Shown: positions 43,145 through 57,156 of the stretch, piece after piece
How positions within the stretch are numbered: the first letter of the stretch is position 1
How the letters are laid out: each line of letters begins with the position of its first letter
Assembly: GCA_964016885.1 (NCBI GenBank)
Contig: OZ024755.1
Span: 29,574,001 to 29,638,000 of the forward strand
Length of the DNA: 64,000 nucleotides
Reading direction: 5' to 3'
Source of the DNA: Eledone cirrhosa
Taxonomy: Eukaryota
Program-made: the position numbers and the translations under genes
Notes under the pieces: generated by a model
Seen by the model: only the letters and a program-made list of their open reading frames with translations
The model's database searches: none
Told to the model about the DNA's origin: nothing

Positions 43145-43465
43145 GAAGGAGGACATCTACGGACCATTGATGAGGAGTTTGCAGATCCAATATCCAAGAT
43201 ACACCTTTAGCTTCATACCCATCATTATTGGAGCTACGGGTTATATACCAACCCGCTTGGACCAAAGTATGACAGAACTTGGATTTGTGGACAAAGACTG
43301 CAGCTCCCTAATTCATAGACTACAAATGGCTGCGATAGATGGCACCTTCAAAATTTGCAAAACATTCTTGCGATTCAAGGGATGACAATTACTTTTCTTT
43401 TACAACCTTGCCACCAGGAAGGTGGCCGGTCAAAAATGTACCCGAAATTATGAGAAAGGGAAACG
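43145..43465 (+). pseudogene. Second RLE-type (R4/Dong-like) LINE 3' fragment
   Basis: KEDIYGPLMRSLQIQYPRYTFSFIPIIIGATGYIP..IDGTFKICKTFL; (ACAT)n on both sides. Confidence 0.8.
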
Positions 43466-43485
43466 TACGTACATACATACATACA

Positions 43486-44032
43486 TGGTGGCTGCCAACT
43501 CGTTTTCGAGTACAGCCACTACTTTATATCCATGTAGGAGAACCCCTACCGATGCGCTAAACAAGTGTGACTTTTTAGTCCAGCCAGTGACTTGAAAACT
43601 CTTGTACAAACACTACACTTGTGACAATTATTGACACATAGTGCTGGGCCCATGATACCATGTGACGACAAGTGCAGAGAGATCTCCAGATATAAAGTAA
43701 TGCCTGTGCCGTGAAGCTTTTATAGTGAGCAAAGGCACTGCACAATGCCAGTCCCACTCTCTTAACCAAGATGATATTTACCAAAAAGAAGAACAAGTCA
43801 ACATCATTGGATACCATCAGAGTTGCAGGTGTTATATCAGAGTTTTCCTTCTCCTAGAATTCTGCCTTGACAAAGGCTAAGGAGTCATCTCTCCTGGTGA
43901 TTTTGGATGGCCATTGACTCTTAAGAGCTCCTTTTCCCTTTGACAGGTTTTGTTTTTAGTCCTGCAGGATGTCCAAAGTCACCCTCCTCACCAAGAAACC
44001 TTGGTGGGGTTGCCAGTTTAGTCGCCAACGAC
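43486..44032 (-). mobile_element. Non-autonomous RTE-derived element (copy 2)
   Basis: Colinear with 29721-30270. Confidence 0.88.
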
Positions 44033-44097
44033 ATACATACATACATACATACATACATACATACATACATACATACATACATACATACATACATACA

Positions 44098-44180
44098 TGA
44101 TGGCTGCTCCCTCGTTATCGAGTATGGCCATTGCACGAGGAGAAAAAAAATTAATAAATAAATAAAAAAGAAAATAAAAA

Positions 44181-44214
<34 letters not shown>

Positions 44215-44230
44215 ATATACACATATACAC

Positions 44231-44263
<33 letters not shown>

Positions 44264-46371
44264 TATACATTAATAACAATAATAATAATAACAACAATAA
44301 TAATAACGACAACAACAATAATAATAATAAAATACATATACATATATATATACACATACACGCACACACATAAACATATCGATACACACACACCGATAGC
44401 AACTAACAGCGCTGCGATCGAATGTGGCTTTTGAGCCCAGCCAATGATCTAAAATGTCTTGCACAGAGTCGGCAACCAAAACATTCACTGGGAATAGTCG
44501 GCTGTGGTTGGAGTTCATGTACTTTTGCATGTCGCTTGAGCCCTCCTGCTGATTTACATTCTCTACCACATGTTTGGCAAGCATGATGAGTAACATCTCC
44601 AACAGCAGCCTGGTAGTCAACCACTGGTCTTACTTTATGTCCGCGAAGATGACTTTCGAGTCCAGCTTTGCTTAGGCAGAGTCTCGCACAGACGCTGCAT
44701 GTCAGCACCAAAGGAGGACCCTCGCCGTCTGGAAGTGCAACAGCAATGCCCTTCCTCACATCCCGCTTTACTTTCTCGTATGCGATTCGAGATGGTTCAA
44801 AGGCAACTTTTCCCTCATATACAGTCTTTCTCCATTTATTACGATCAGCAGCAATATTTTCCCATGTATCAGCAGAGATGTTAGCATCCTTAAAAGAGGC
44901 TTTCAAGGAATCCTTATACCTCTTTTTTGGTTTATGTGGCGGTCGTTTTCCTTTAACCAACTCTCCATAAAAGAATTGTTTTGGTATTCTAGAATCCTTC
45001 ATCCTGGCAAGGTGACCACTCCAACGGAGTCGTTGCTTAAGCACAAGAGCTTCTATACTGTCACACATAGAGCTTTCCAAAATCTCGACATCACTGATGT
45101 GGTCCCTCCAGTGAACGCCATGGATCCGTCTGAGACACATCTGATGGAAACGCTCCAATTGCTTAAGGTGGTGTCGATATGTGACCTAGGTCTCGCAGGC
45201 AAAAAGAAGACAAGAGAGCACACATGCCTTGAACACCTTTACCTTTGTCCTCCTGCATATGTCTCGCCGACCCCAGAGTCGCCTTTCTAGCTTTCCGAAA
45301 GAATCACTTGCTTTCTTAACCTAAGTGATATTTCATTGTCAAGGTTGCTGTATCGATTGACAGTGCTTCCCAGGTAGACAAACTGATCAACGACTCCAAG
45401 TCGTTTACCATACACATAGATATTTGGTTCAGTGTACTGCTGACCAGGGTCAGGTTGGTACATGACGACGGTTTTCTTGAGACTGACACTCAATCCTAGG
45501 GCAGTGCAACCGTCAGAAAATGCATTCAAAATGTGCTGCATATCACTCTCTATGTGCGCGACAAGATCGCAATCATCTGCATACAAGAGGTCTCTTATGA
45601 TTGATGTAAATACTTTGGTCTTTGCAGCAAAGCGCCTGATGTTAAATATGCTGCCTGAGGTTCGATATCGGATGTAAACACCATGCTCGCAATTCCTGAA
45701 TGCAAAATACAGAAAACCATTGCAAAGTATATGGCAAACAGGGTCGGTGCTGGAATATCCCCCTGTTTCACTCCATTTTTTACTGAGATAGGCTCCGACA
45801 TGTTACCTCCGACATTAACCCAAGCCTTCATGTCGTCATGGAAAGACCTAACTAAAGCAAGGAACTTATCAGGGCAACCAAGTTTCTGGAGAACCTTCCA
45901 TAATGCATCTCTGTTAACAGTATCGAAAGCTTTTGCCAGATCGACAAAAACCTGATACAGATCCAAGCCTTGTTCCATGCACTTCTCCTGGAGCTGTCTA
46001 GCTGAGAAAATCATAGCAGTAGTGCCGCGTCCAGCACGAAAACCAGATTGACTTTCAGGAAGAACACAATCTGCAATGTGTGTCAGCAGACGGTCCAGAA
46101 GCACCCTACATAAAACTTTCCCTACGACAGAAAGCAATGATACACCTCTGTAGTTCCCACAATCATTCCTGTTACCCTTTCCCTTGTACAAGACCACCAT
46201 TACTGCATCTCTCCAGTCCTCAGGTACGGATTCATTAGCCCATATCCTGCCAAACAAAGAGTGAAGATGTTGCAGGAGTATCTCACCACCATATTGTAGG
46301 AGCTCAGCATGTATGCCATCCATACCTGGAGATCTTCCACTGTTCAGCTTCGAAATAGCATGTAAAATCAC
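44098..46371 (-). pseudogene. 5'-truncated, frameshifted RTE-clade LINE (RT plus three C-terminal C2H2 zinc fingers)
   Basis: SPGMDGI, NYRGVSLLS, QSGFR, FVDLAKAFD, GVKQG, YADD, RLRWSGHLARM, GKRPPHKPKKRYKD split over ORFs 45595-46371, 45287-45586 and 44403-45158; probable 3' terminus at ~44098-44140 before (ATGT)n. Confidence 0.93.
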
Positions 46372-46419
46372 AGATAGTTCTTCCTGCCTGCTTTGCTATA
46401 CTTTGCATGAATATTGTAT

Positions 46420-46587
46420 TAATTGTTTCTAATTTTGGCACAAGGCCAGTAATTACCCAGTACATTACTGGTACTTCATTTTATCGACCCCTGTAAGGAT
46501 GACAAGCAAAGTTAACCTCGGCGGGATTTGAACTCAGAATGGCAAGGGCATGGCGTCCGACCCTCTACCGACACTGCCAATCCACCG
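46420..46587 (-). mobile_element. tRNA-derived SINE with small internal deletion
   Basis: Reverse-complement copy. Confidence 0.9.
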
Positions 46588-47007
46588 TTAATATATGTAT
46601 ATATTATAGCATACTTGAAGTGTATTAAATATGTTATAAACCTTAATCAAACAGCAAATTCACAATATAACATACTATCAGAGCAGTAGTCCGTTTCTTT
46701 TTTTCTTTTTCAAAGCGAACAGAATATATATTATTAATATTCCACGCAAGGCAAGCTAATACCTCACTTTACAGTAACACGTAATTTACTCAAATACTAC
46801 TATTACAATGAAGGCAGACTTCATAAATAAGCAATATAACATATTATGATATCCTCCGCTTGATATGTGAATTACTTTAACAGAAGAATAACTATCTGCG
46901 TAGTTCTGTTGAGCTATGATCATACATCTATTGTTATTAGACGTTACCTTTTAATGAGATCAAAATTTGTTATGAATCATCATTTCATTACTTTCATATA
47001 TATATAT

Positions 47008-47281
47008 GTAGGAGGTGAGTTTTTATTATAGCACAATAAAGCAATGCAAATATCGGATAAGTAGCACTCTACAGTTTGTAGGACTGGAGTATAAATAATA
47101 TAACATCAAAAGACAGCAGAGCTCAAGCCGTTTCGAAGGCTGTTTCAGTCCAGAAATAGCTTTCGAAACGGCTTGAGCTCTGCCGTCGCAGTCATACTTT
47201 TTCCTATTACCCACTCTACTACCCTAAGTATTGAGTACTCTGGTGCGTTATGGCCCATCTGGTTCCTTACCACAATTCCTT

Positions 47282-47283
<2 letters not shown>
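47008..47283. mobile_element. Chimera of a family B fragment (47008-47105) and palindromic family A (47113-47283)
   Basis: 47008-47105 is the reverse complement of 37400-37492, followed by the family A hairpin and tail. Confidence 0.8.
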
Positions 47284-47342
<59 letters not shown>

Positions 47343-47462
47343 TTGGGGTAAATATTGATGCAATTCAATTCAAGCACTCAACGTACTTTTTCCACATAGG
47401 AGTGACGGAGTAAATATCGAATAAGGAAAAGTGAAGTAGTTTCAGATGTTCAAGTCCTTTAA

Positions 47463-47778
47463 TAATAATTGTTTCTACTTTAGGCACAAGGCCAGCAATT
47501 ATATAGTGCATTACTGGTACTTTATTTTATCGGCCCCGTAAGGATGAAAGGCAAAGTCAACCTCGGCGGGATTTGGCCTTTAATAAGTCCTTTAATAATA
47601 ATTGTTTCTACTTTTGGCACAAGGCCATCAATTATCCCAGTGCATTACTGGTACTTTATTTTATCGACCCCGTAAGGATGAAAGGCAAAGTCAACCTCGG
47701 CGGGATTTGAACTCGGATCGTAAAGGGACGTAACTATGCTGGAAAGCATGGTGTCTGACCCTCTACCGATACTGCCAA
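47463..47778 (-). mobile_element. Truncated plus full-length tandem SINEs
   Basis: 47463-47577 and 47597-47778, with AAGTCCTTTAATAAT duplicated. Confidence 0.9.
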
Positions 47779-47785
47779 TAATAAT

Positions 47786-47859
47786 GCTGTGATATATATT
47801 TCAATGACGACACTGGCCACACTGTTCTGTGTGCGAGTGTCGTGACATCATCAGACAGC
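47786..47859 (-). ncRNA. Type-I hammerhead ribozyme motif
   Basis: Minus: gctgt-CTGATGA-tgtcacgacactcgcacac(agaaca)gtgtggccagtgtcgtcatt-GAAA-tatata-TC-acagc; AUC site, palindromic stem III. Confidence 0.75.
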
Positions 47860-48592
47860 TTGTTACATAATAAGGTTATGTTTCCGAGGCAATCCAAATT
47901 GAATCGACATGGGAACGGACGAAGTGTGTGCTTTTGGGTTCTTCATCCGTTCCCCTGTGAGTACCAAGTCACCCCCACCGGTCTGCGCAGGCGCATGTCC
48001 GAAGGAAGTTGACCATTAGCTACCGGAGATTTCAACGAAATTCGCTTATTCACTTCACCCTCTCAGCCAAACAATGACCCACTTAGACCTGTACCATAGT
48101 TTACTGCTATCCATCCCGACTTGGGCAGTCAGCCGAAAGCCAGAGGGGAGGGGAGAGTGTTAGTTTTTACAGGTCACAATACTGCCTCTCACCAAGCGTG
48201 GACAGTACGACTGACCATCAACTCCTGAGAGAAAATAAACTTAATTCTAGGTATCATGGTTTTACATTGGAAGTTATGAGTGAGAGCTGGAAATAAAAAT
48301 TAAAATCCTAAATCAAATATCAGAAATTATAAATTAAACAATTAAAAAATTAACAATTAGAAATTTTAAAATGTTTCAAGTGAGAATCCGGATTGAGGTG
48401 AGTAAAAAAATATATAGACTGAAGTGAGTAAATAATATGGAGAGAGATGTTTAAGTAAGAAGTTCTGAGAGGGGTTCTAATGTCACAGTTACTCTATCCA
48501 CATATTGTACGATATTACTGTTGGAAGCTTCCAACAGAAATGGTTGCATTCTTTAAGGGTTTGTCAATATTTATAAAACTGATCTATATTAT

Positions 48593-48655
48593 ATTTTATC
48601 TGATGAAAGCACACCATAATTTAACTTGGTGTCCTTGAAATATGTATAATGAAAT
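48593..48655 (+). ncRNA. Type-I hammerhead ribozyme motif (family D, intact core)
   Basis: attttat-CTGATGA-aagcacacca(taatttaact)tggtgtcctt-GAAA-tatgta-TA-atgaaat. Confidence 0.75.
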
Positions 48656-48790
48656 TAAATATGGTTTTATAAATATAGTTTCCATTTGTTAATATATCGT
48701 ATATATATATATATTCATTCATATATATATACATATATACATATATATTTATACACACACATATATATATATACATATATATGTATGTAC

Positions 48791-48825
<35 letters not shown>

Positions 48826-49152
48826 CATATATATTTATACACACACATATCTATATATACATATATACATATATATGTATACACACATATATATATACAT
48901 ATATATGTATACACACATATATATATACATATATAGGTATATACATATATATATATATATACACATATATGTATATATATATAGGTATATACATATATAT
49001 ATATATACACATATATGTATATATATATATAGGTATATACACATATATATATACACATATATGTATATACATATATAAATATATATATGTATAACCTTTG
49101 TTCGTACTGCCTCTCTGTTCTGTTCCCGTTCAATTTTTTACTATATATATAT

Positions 49153-49336
49153 AACGAAGGAAAAGTGGTAAGGAACCAGGTGGACCATAACGCACCAAAG
49201 TACTCAATACTTAGGGTAGTAGAGTGGGTAATAGGAACAAGTAAGACCCCGACGACTGAGCTCAAGCCCCCTCGACGGCTAATTCAGAATTAGCCGTCGA
49301 GGCGGCTTGAGCTCAGCCGTCGGGCTCTTACTTGTT

Positions 49337-49340
<4 letters not shown>
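49153..49340 (-). mobile_element. Palindromic family A copy
   Basis: Tail on the left, hairpin 49231-49340; GAAA>GAGG change mirrored on both arms. Confidence 0.9.
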
Positions 49341-49401
<61 letters not shown>

Positions 49402-49511
49402 ATACATATCCATATAATAATCAGGAGCAACATCTTCACACAAAACCATTTCAGAGTTCTGTGGTTCATATTTCCCGTGAGCAGATGCACAGACACCTCA
49501 ATTGGCAAAAT

Positions 49512-49579
49512 ATTTGTTTCTACTTTAGGCACAAGGCCAGCAAATACCCAGTTCATTACTGGTACTTTATTTTATCGAC
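49512..49579 (-). mobile_element. 5'-truncated SINE with TSD CAAAATATT
   Basis: Tail and core only. Confidence 0.8.
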
Positions 49580-50358
49580 AAAATATTGATCTATATACAG
49601 ACAACATGAAAGAGGAATACAGAAAGAAGTCTGACAATATAAAAATGTTTCCACGTGTTTATTTTGTGTGTGATGGTGCCTCTTTCATATGTGGATCAAT
49701 TTTGGTAAATGTATGAATCTCTGTAAGGAAGGTTTATGCTTTAATGCGTAAGCAGTTTAAATTTTTAGTGGATGTATGTCGTTATAGATCCCAGGCATAT
49801 ATATTCTAACAGCCATAATTAGATTTGTAAATCTACGCCTATTTGAATGTGTCACGTATGAAATTGTGTTGTAGCCCTACATTTCATCGGATACGTATGT
49901 AGGATAAATCTGGGCCGATGTACCTCACTAATAAAAGTAGATAGAGTGACATGATGTTCTGATTAGCCTTACAGTGTTTGTGATCTGAGAGTGAATATGA
50001 CGACGTATAAAAAGAGATTTTTGTTTTGGTTTATACTGCCAAAAGAGTAGCAATTTTGGGGGCTGGTTTAACATTTGCGCTCTAATATTGTGATATATAG
50101 AGATGCATTAGGGAACGCTGATGTGCCGCTAATAGTTAGGCATCTTAACGAATAGATAAAATATACAGAGAAAATATCATTCAGAGAAGCAATTTTACAT
50201 ACATTATTTTGTTTTGGAGACCATGGTAAGGAGACCATAAGTGAGATCATAAGCGAGACTAATTTATTTTAGACACTCAGACATATACTCCCTAAACATA
50301 ATTTTTGGGCTTAAGTTTAATATGTAAAATGGCTCCTCTGAGTGTTAACTACTTTTAA

Positions 50359-50412
<54 letters not shown>

Positions 50413-50497
50413 GGAGGTGAGTTTTATTGTAGTACAATATGTTGATTTAAAACTGCACTATCCACAAGTGTTTTTTAGCCTTCATATCATGTTCTCC

Positions 50498-50568
50498 TGT
50501 TTTATCTGATGAAAACACAAATATTATTGCATGATGATGTTTGTTTTTGAAATGCGCATAATAAAATA
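50498..50568 (+). ncRNA. Type-I hammerhead ribozyme motif (family B, intact core)
   Basis: tgttttat-CTGATGA-aaacacaaatattattgcatgatgatgtttgttttt-GAAA-tgcgca-TA-ataaaata; stem III ATGCGCAT is a perfect palindrome. Confidence 0.8.
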
Positions 50569-50598
50569 CATGGAACTCCTTTAACCATCTTTTGATCT

Positions 50599-50672
<74 letters not shown>

Positions 50673-51388
50673 ATATAAATATAAATTCAGCGAGATCGTA
50701 TTTCGGCGGCGGCCAAAACATAACGAAGCGCAATTTTCGAGATACGCTGCCAAGCGCTAATGGACTAGGAAGAAGCCAGAGCCATAAACATATGTTATCA
50801 GGGCCAGACACATTATAAGATTGGCTGTGAAATGGCAAGCCAGGCAGCCGAAAAAACGAGCAAGGTAAACAGGTTAACAAAAAATTACCTGGACATTCCT
50901 GGAACGTGTTGGGAAAATCCAGTGGGAGGTTTCTGTGACTCCTAAATCAAATATACTGTATGCTTTCGTTGTAAGATTTTTGTAGAATGATCGAACAAGG
51001 TAGACACTTTCTCAACAGGTTTTTGCTCGCAACCGCCTACCGGGTTCAAATGAAACATTAGTGAAGCCACTACCTCACGTAGTTACTCTGCAAGGGGGTA
51101 ACCTCTGTTTTGGGCGGGTGCATTCAAAATGTGTAAAGGAATTGGAAAGAAATTACAAAAATCTGCACAAATCTGCATAATATATATATAAATACACATA
51201 GTAATAATAATAATAATATTTATACTTATATATGGTTTATATATAATTATAAATATGGAGGTAGTACTAAGCACTAGCCAATTAGACTAGGATTTTAATT
51301 ATCTGTTTAAACATTCTCCATGTTCCGCTGATTACAAACATTCGTCTGGAATAAACTTAGATTTATTTGTTTTATGTTTTGTATAAAT

Positions 51389-51434
<46 letters not shown>

Positions 51435-51450
51435 GTACGTACATATATAC

Positions 51451-51531
<81 letters not shown>

Positions 51532-52071
51532 TAAGAAATTAATTAATACATATCGTTCTTAGAATCTGTTCTTGGAATAAACGATTTGAAACCCGAGCCT
51601 TACTCAGGCTTTCATCTATTACATTTTTTATTACATCTAACTCCAGAGATGAAAGTATCTTTTAAAGTCGAAAGTTACTCATTTCTTTTGATTATCAAAA
51701 TATAAAATTGAGGAGCGATCGATATGCCACGTGTGATATATTCTAACAAAAATTGATTTCTTTTATCGGCTCAATCCTACATTTTTTTTTTGGTGTGTGT
51801 GTGGGACGTGTTATCGGTTTAGTCCATATTTACCTCAGTATTTAACAGGTATGCTTGAGTCAGATCTAGTTTAATTGAATGAATGCAGCAGATTCTCTCT
51901 ACCAGAAGAAAACATCTGATATCACCAGGTTGGTATTCTCAAGGAAGGTGGCGGCAATAACAAAACTGTTATACGTCTACGCATGCACTCAAACATACAC
52001 ACAACACTCTGTATAAAACCCGATGTATGTATATATATATATATATATAAACATACATTTATATATACACA

Positions 52072-52125
<54 letters not shown>

Positions 52126-52611
52126 GATATTAAACAAATGGAAACTATAAGTTTCCATTTGTTTAATATCGTATATCTACTCCAAAAACTTGTCGAGTGC
52201 TTTATAACAGTTATAAAATATTTACTTGTTGTAAACCAACAATTTTAAATAAAACTTTCGCATATATATATATATATATATATAAACATATATATATATA
52301 TATATACATATATATAAACATACATTTATATATACACAATATGTATGTATATGTATATATATATATATATAAACATACATTTATGTATACACAATATGTA
52401 TGTATATGTATATATATATATATACAAACATACATTTATATATACACAATATGTATGTATATGTATATATATATATATACAAACATACATTTATATATAC
52501 ACAATATGTATGTATATGTATATATATATATATATACAAACATACATTTATATATACACAATATATATATATATATATATATATATACAAACATACATTT
52601 ATATATACACA

Positions 52612-52642
<31 letters not shown>

Positions 52643-52706
52643 TATACATATATATATTATATATATATATACATATATACATATATATACATATACATAT
52701 ATATAC

Positions 52707-52786
<80 letters not shown>

Positions 52787-52872
52787 CTACACACATATAT
52801 ATAAATATATATATATATATACATATATATATGTATATATATATACATATATATATGTATATATATATAACT

Positions 52873-52928
<56 letters not shown>

Positions 52929-52934
<6 letters not shown>

Positions 52935-53257
52935 ATACTTTAGGAGGGTCATATTATTGTAATAATATTGCCAGAAATAATAACAGAACACACTCACTGT
53001 TGGTTGGTTTTCGTTTCTGTATCTTTTATATCTCCACAGTTAATTCATTTGGTCCTCAATGTTTATCATTGACTGATCAACGGTCAAAAATACAGATATG
53101 ATATAGATATAAACACATATATATAGTCTAACAAAGTTCTTTCGTTGCACATCTGCAACATCACACTGAAACGAAAACCAACCAAACAGTGAGTGTGTTC
53201 TGTTATTATTTCTGGCAATATTATTACAATATGACCCTCCCCAAGTATAACAATATT
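52929..53257. mobile_element. Family E element with long terminal inverted arms
   Basis: 52929-53016 is the reverse complement of ~53168-53257. Confidence 0.8.
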
Positions 53258-53357
53258 TTTTTCGACACACGATTTCATATCAAAAACCTCGCAAAACAAA
53301 TATATATTTATATATATATATATCTAAATACACACATATATATATACATATATAAAT

Positions 53358-53400
<43 letters not shown>

Positions 53401-53709
53401 TATAAATACACACATATATATATATATAAAAATATATAAATACACACATATATGTATATATATAAATATATATATACATATATAAATACGCATATATATA
53501 CACATACACATATATATATATACATATGTATATACATACATACACACATATAAATACACACATATTTATACATATATATACATATATACACATAAATACA
53601 CACATATGTATACATATATATACATATATACACATATATATACATATATATATATATACATACATATATATATATATACACATACATATATATATATACA
53701 CACACACAC

Positions 53710-53744
<35 letters not shown>

Positions 53745-53763
53745 CACATACATATATATATAT

Positions 53764-53794
<31 letters not shown>

Positions 53795-53871
53795 CACATA
53801 CATAAACACACACACACACATATATATATACATTATATATATACATTATATATATATATATATATATAAAT

Positions 53872-53904
<33 letters not shown>

Positions 53905-53907
53905 AAT

Positions 53908-53940
<33 letters not shown>

Positions 53941-53943
53941 AAT

Positions 53944-54078
<135 letters not shown>

Positions 54079-54087
54079 AATATATAT

Positions 54088-54812
54088 GGTTCAAACTGAA
54101 TTGGTCTGTCCCAGTCATTCATTGAGCAACATCGGTGAAGTTGGCACCCTTAACTCACAGTTGGGTGCGGATGCATTCATGTATATATGTGTGTGTCCGC
54201 ATGTATCTGTGTGATTCTAAATATATTAACTCCCTCTGGTCGAGCAATCTTTGAAGTGTGGGGACAACTGGAAAGCTTCCATTACTCATACTTCTCGCCT
54301 TCTTCACTACCTCTTCTGCGGCCTCGATATGAATACCCCCTCCGCCTCCGTGGTATTTTCTTCGTGGTTATAAGAGGCTTGGCTCTGTTTCTCGACCGTT
54401 ATATCGCGTGACTATCTCCCCCTCCGCCTTTTGGGATTCTTTCTCACGTCGTGTAGACGCGTTCTTGAGACTAGTAAAATGAGGTATCCTCTTGATAAGT
54501 CGGCAGACCTCGCAAGGACTCTATATCTTTGATATATTGTTTTTGTTTATGCCACGAAACTACGTAGTCGAGGAATTTAGGAACAGTTTAGGTATGATAC
54601 ATTTTATTACTAATTATATCTAAATGTTTCTTCTCTCTTCATAATGTATTTTTAACTCTGATACTGGTTCAGTCCGGTTCAAACTGAATTGGTCTGTCCC
54701 AGTCATTCATTGAGCAACATCGGTGAAGTTGGCACCCTTAACTCACAGTTGGGTGCGGATGCATTCATGTATATATGTGTGTGTCCGCATGTATCTGTGT
54801 GATTCTAAATAT
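54088..54812 (+). mobile_element. Retrozyme-like element: 588-bp unit plus ~138-bp terminal direct repeat, in (TA)n
   Basis: 54088-54226 equals 54676-54812 apart from one TA indel; internal HHR; no credible ORF. Confidence 0.75.
54487..54574 (+). ncRNA. Type-I hammerhead ribozyme motif, U3-A8 variant, GUC site
   Basis: tcctc-TTGATAA-gtcggca...tgccac-GAAA-ctacgtag-TC-gagga; stem III ACTACGTAGT is a perfect palindrome; predicted cut after C54569. Confidence 0.8.
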
Positions 54813-54818
54813 ATATAT

Positions 54819-55038
<220 letters not shown>

Positions 55039-55493
55039 CTTGAAGGGTAGTCTGTATGTTTTATTCTTCAGAAAATAAGACATCTATGACTTTAAATTTG
55101 AATCCATTCGTTTCATGTTTTGGTAGAGAGTTTGTAGAAATTATAAAAAATATATATATATACATTAGATTATTCAGACGTGTTTCTGAATTGAAAAGAT
55201 GAATTTAATTACTGTTAGATTTCCGATTAGTTGATCAAACATAATTGATAGAACCGTTCACTGAGGGCATAATAACGTATGAATAAGAGCTAATATATAA
55301 TTTATTTTACATATTCAAATATACTCACTAAAATAATCGTACGCTTACGCATTCACAACATATGCATAGAAATGTTCACATAGGGAGCGTATTGAATTGC
55401 CATTGATTCAACGAAACATGTTCAAAGAAGCAGATCTTAATTAGCAATGCAAAGATTTTGCAAATTAATTACACTTAAGCACAGCAATAAATA

Positions 55494-55831
<338 letters not shown>

Positions 55832-56316
55832 AAACATGTATTCATTAAGAGATGAAGAAAATTGATTCATCAGATACATAAAGTTGGTCGGCTGATGATT
55901 TCAAACGACATCCTGAATTCAAATTTAATGAATTTTGTGGAGTAGTGAGCAGCTTATATATGAGAGAGAGGGAGTGGAAAGAGAAAGGAGGAGAAGGGGA
56001 GTGATTTTGTTTTTATGAGAATTTTTTTTTTACTTTAGATAAGGAATATTCGCAAAGCTGATAATTATAGTATTCATTATGAAAGGGGATAAAAATGTCA
56101 TTAGTAAATAGAAACAATGATAACTGTAATGAAAACAACTTACCTGCAGGCATTATTGCAGAACTTACGAGCCTGCATATATAACGGTTTGTTTACTCAT
56201 CCTCAAAAAACTATTATATTTTAAAAGAAACTTATTCTGTTACTATTTATCCCTTTGGTAATACATGTACATGTATACATGCAGACACACACAGACACAC
56301 GTACACACACACACAC

Positions 56317-56380
<64 letters not shown>

Positions 56381-56911
56381 TAGTAGTCATTTACAAATAT
56401 TAAGCTCTAAGAAAAATACTTCTGAGCATTAAATTACAATTTATGATCAACACTACTGTGTTTTTTTTTGCAAAATGACAAAAGCACATGTATTAGGCTT
56501 GCGACAGATCAGTCTTAAGATATTATCTTAGGAGAAGTGATTTTAATTTCTGGGTGCCTACCGAAGATCGCAGAAAATTGATTACTTCACTAATAATTAT
56601 TTTATAAATAGTTGTTCCGTAATTAATTAATTATTTCATTAGTATAACATCCCTTGTGAAACAGGTTTATGTTTTGAAGTTCCGCCCGATCTGCTGAAAA
56701 GGTTTGAATTTTGAAATTTAAACTTGTCTAGGCACCAGGCAGTTGCCATTTTACGTCTGTAAGTATAGATTTAATATTTAAAATTCTCCAGATCGATACA
56801 GACGGACTATATGTACTTGAATTAAGGTATTTCTATCTGGCTAAAAAATTATTGTCATTTTGCAAAAAAAACACAGTAGTGTTGATCATATATTTTTTAA
56901 TTTTTAAATTG

Positions 56912-56979
<68 letters not shown>

Positions 56980-56983
<4 letters not shown>

Positions 56984-57122
56984 AGGAAGACCAAGGTTGA
57001 CGTATGTTGATGCCCTAAGGATAGACACTGTCTGTTGGAGACCCAGGACATGGCAGCGATAATGAGGGACAGAGACCGCTGGAGAGAACTCGTCCATGGA
57101 TCTCGGGAATTTTACCCGCCTT

Positions 57123-57125
<3 letters not shown>
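56980..57125 (+). pseudogene. RTE-X-like LINE 3' end
   Basis: RGRPRLTYVDALRIDT..DRDRWRELVHGSREF; homologous to 26070-26215. Confidence 0.75.

Positions 57126-57156
<31 letters not shown>

Noticed and set aside
50690-51130. GC-richer unique block as gene or ribozyme element
   Set aside because: No ORF with recognisable motifs, no ribozyme core and no second copy in the window; unclassifiable by eye
51572-51625. TAGATGA-aagcctgag..ctcgggttt-CAAA hairpin (minus) as a hammerhead
   Set aside because: Three core mismatches; at best a dead relic
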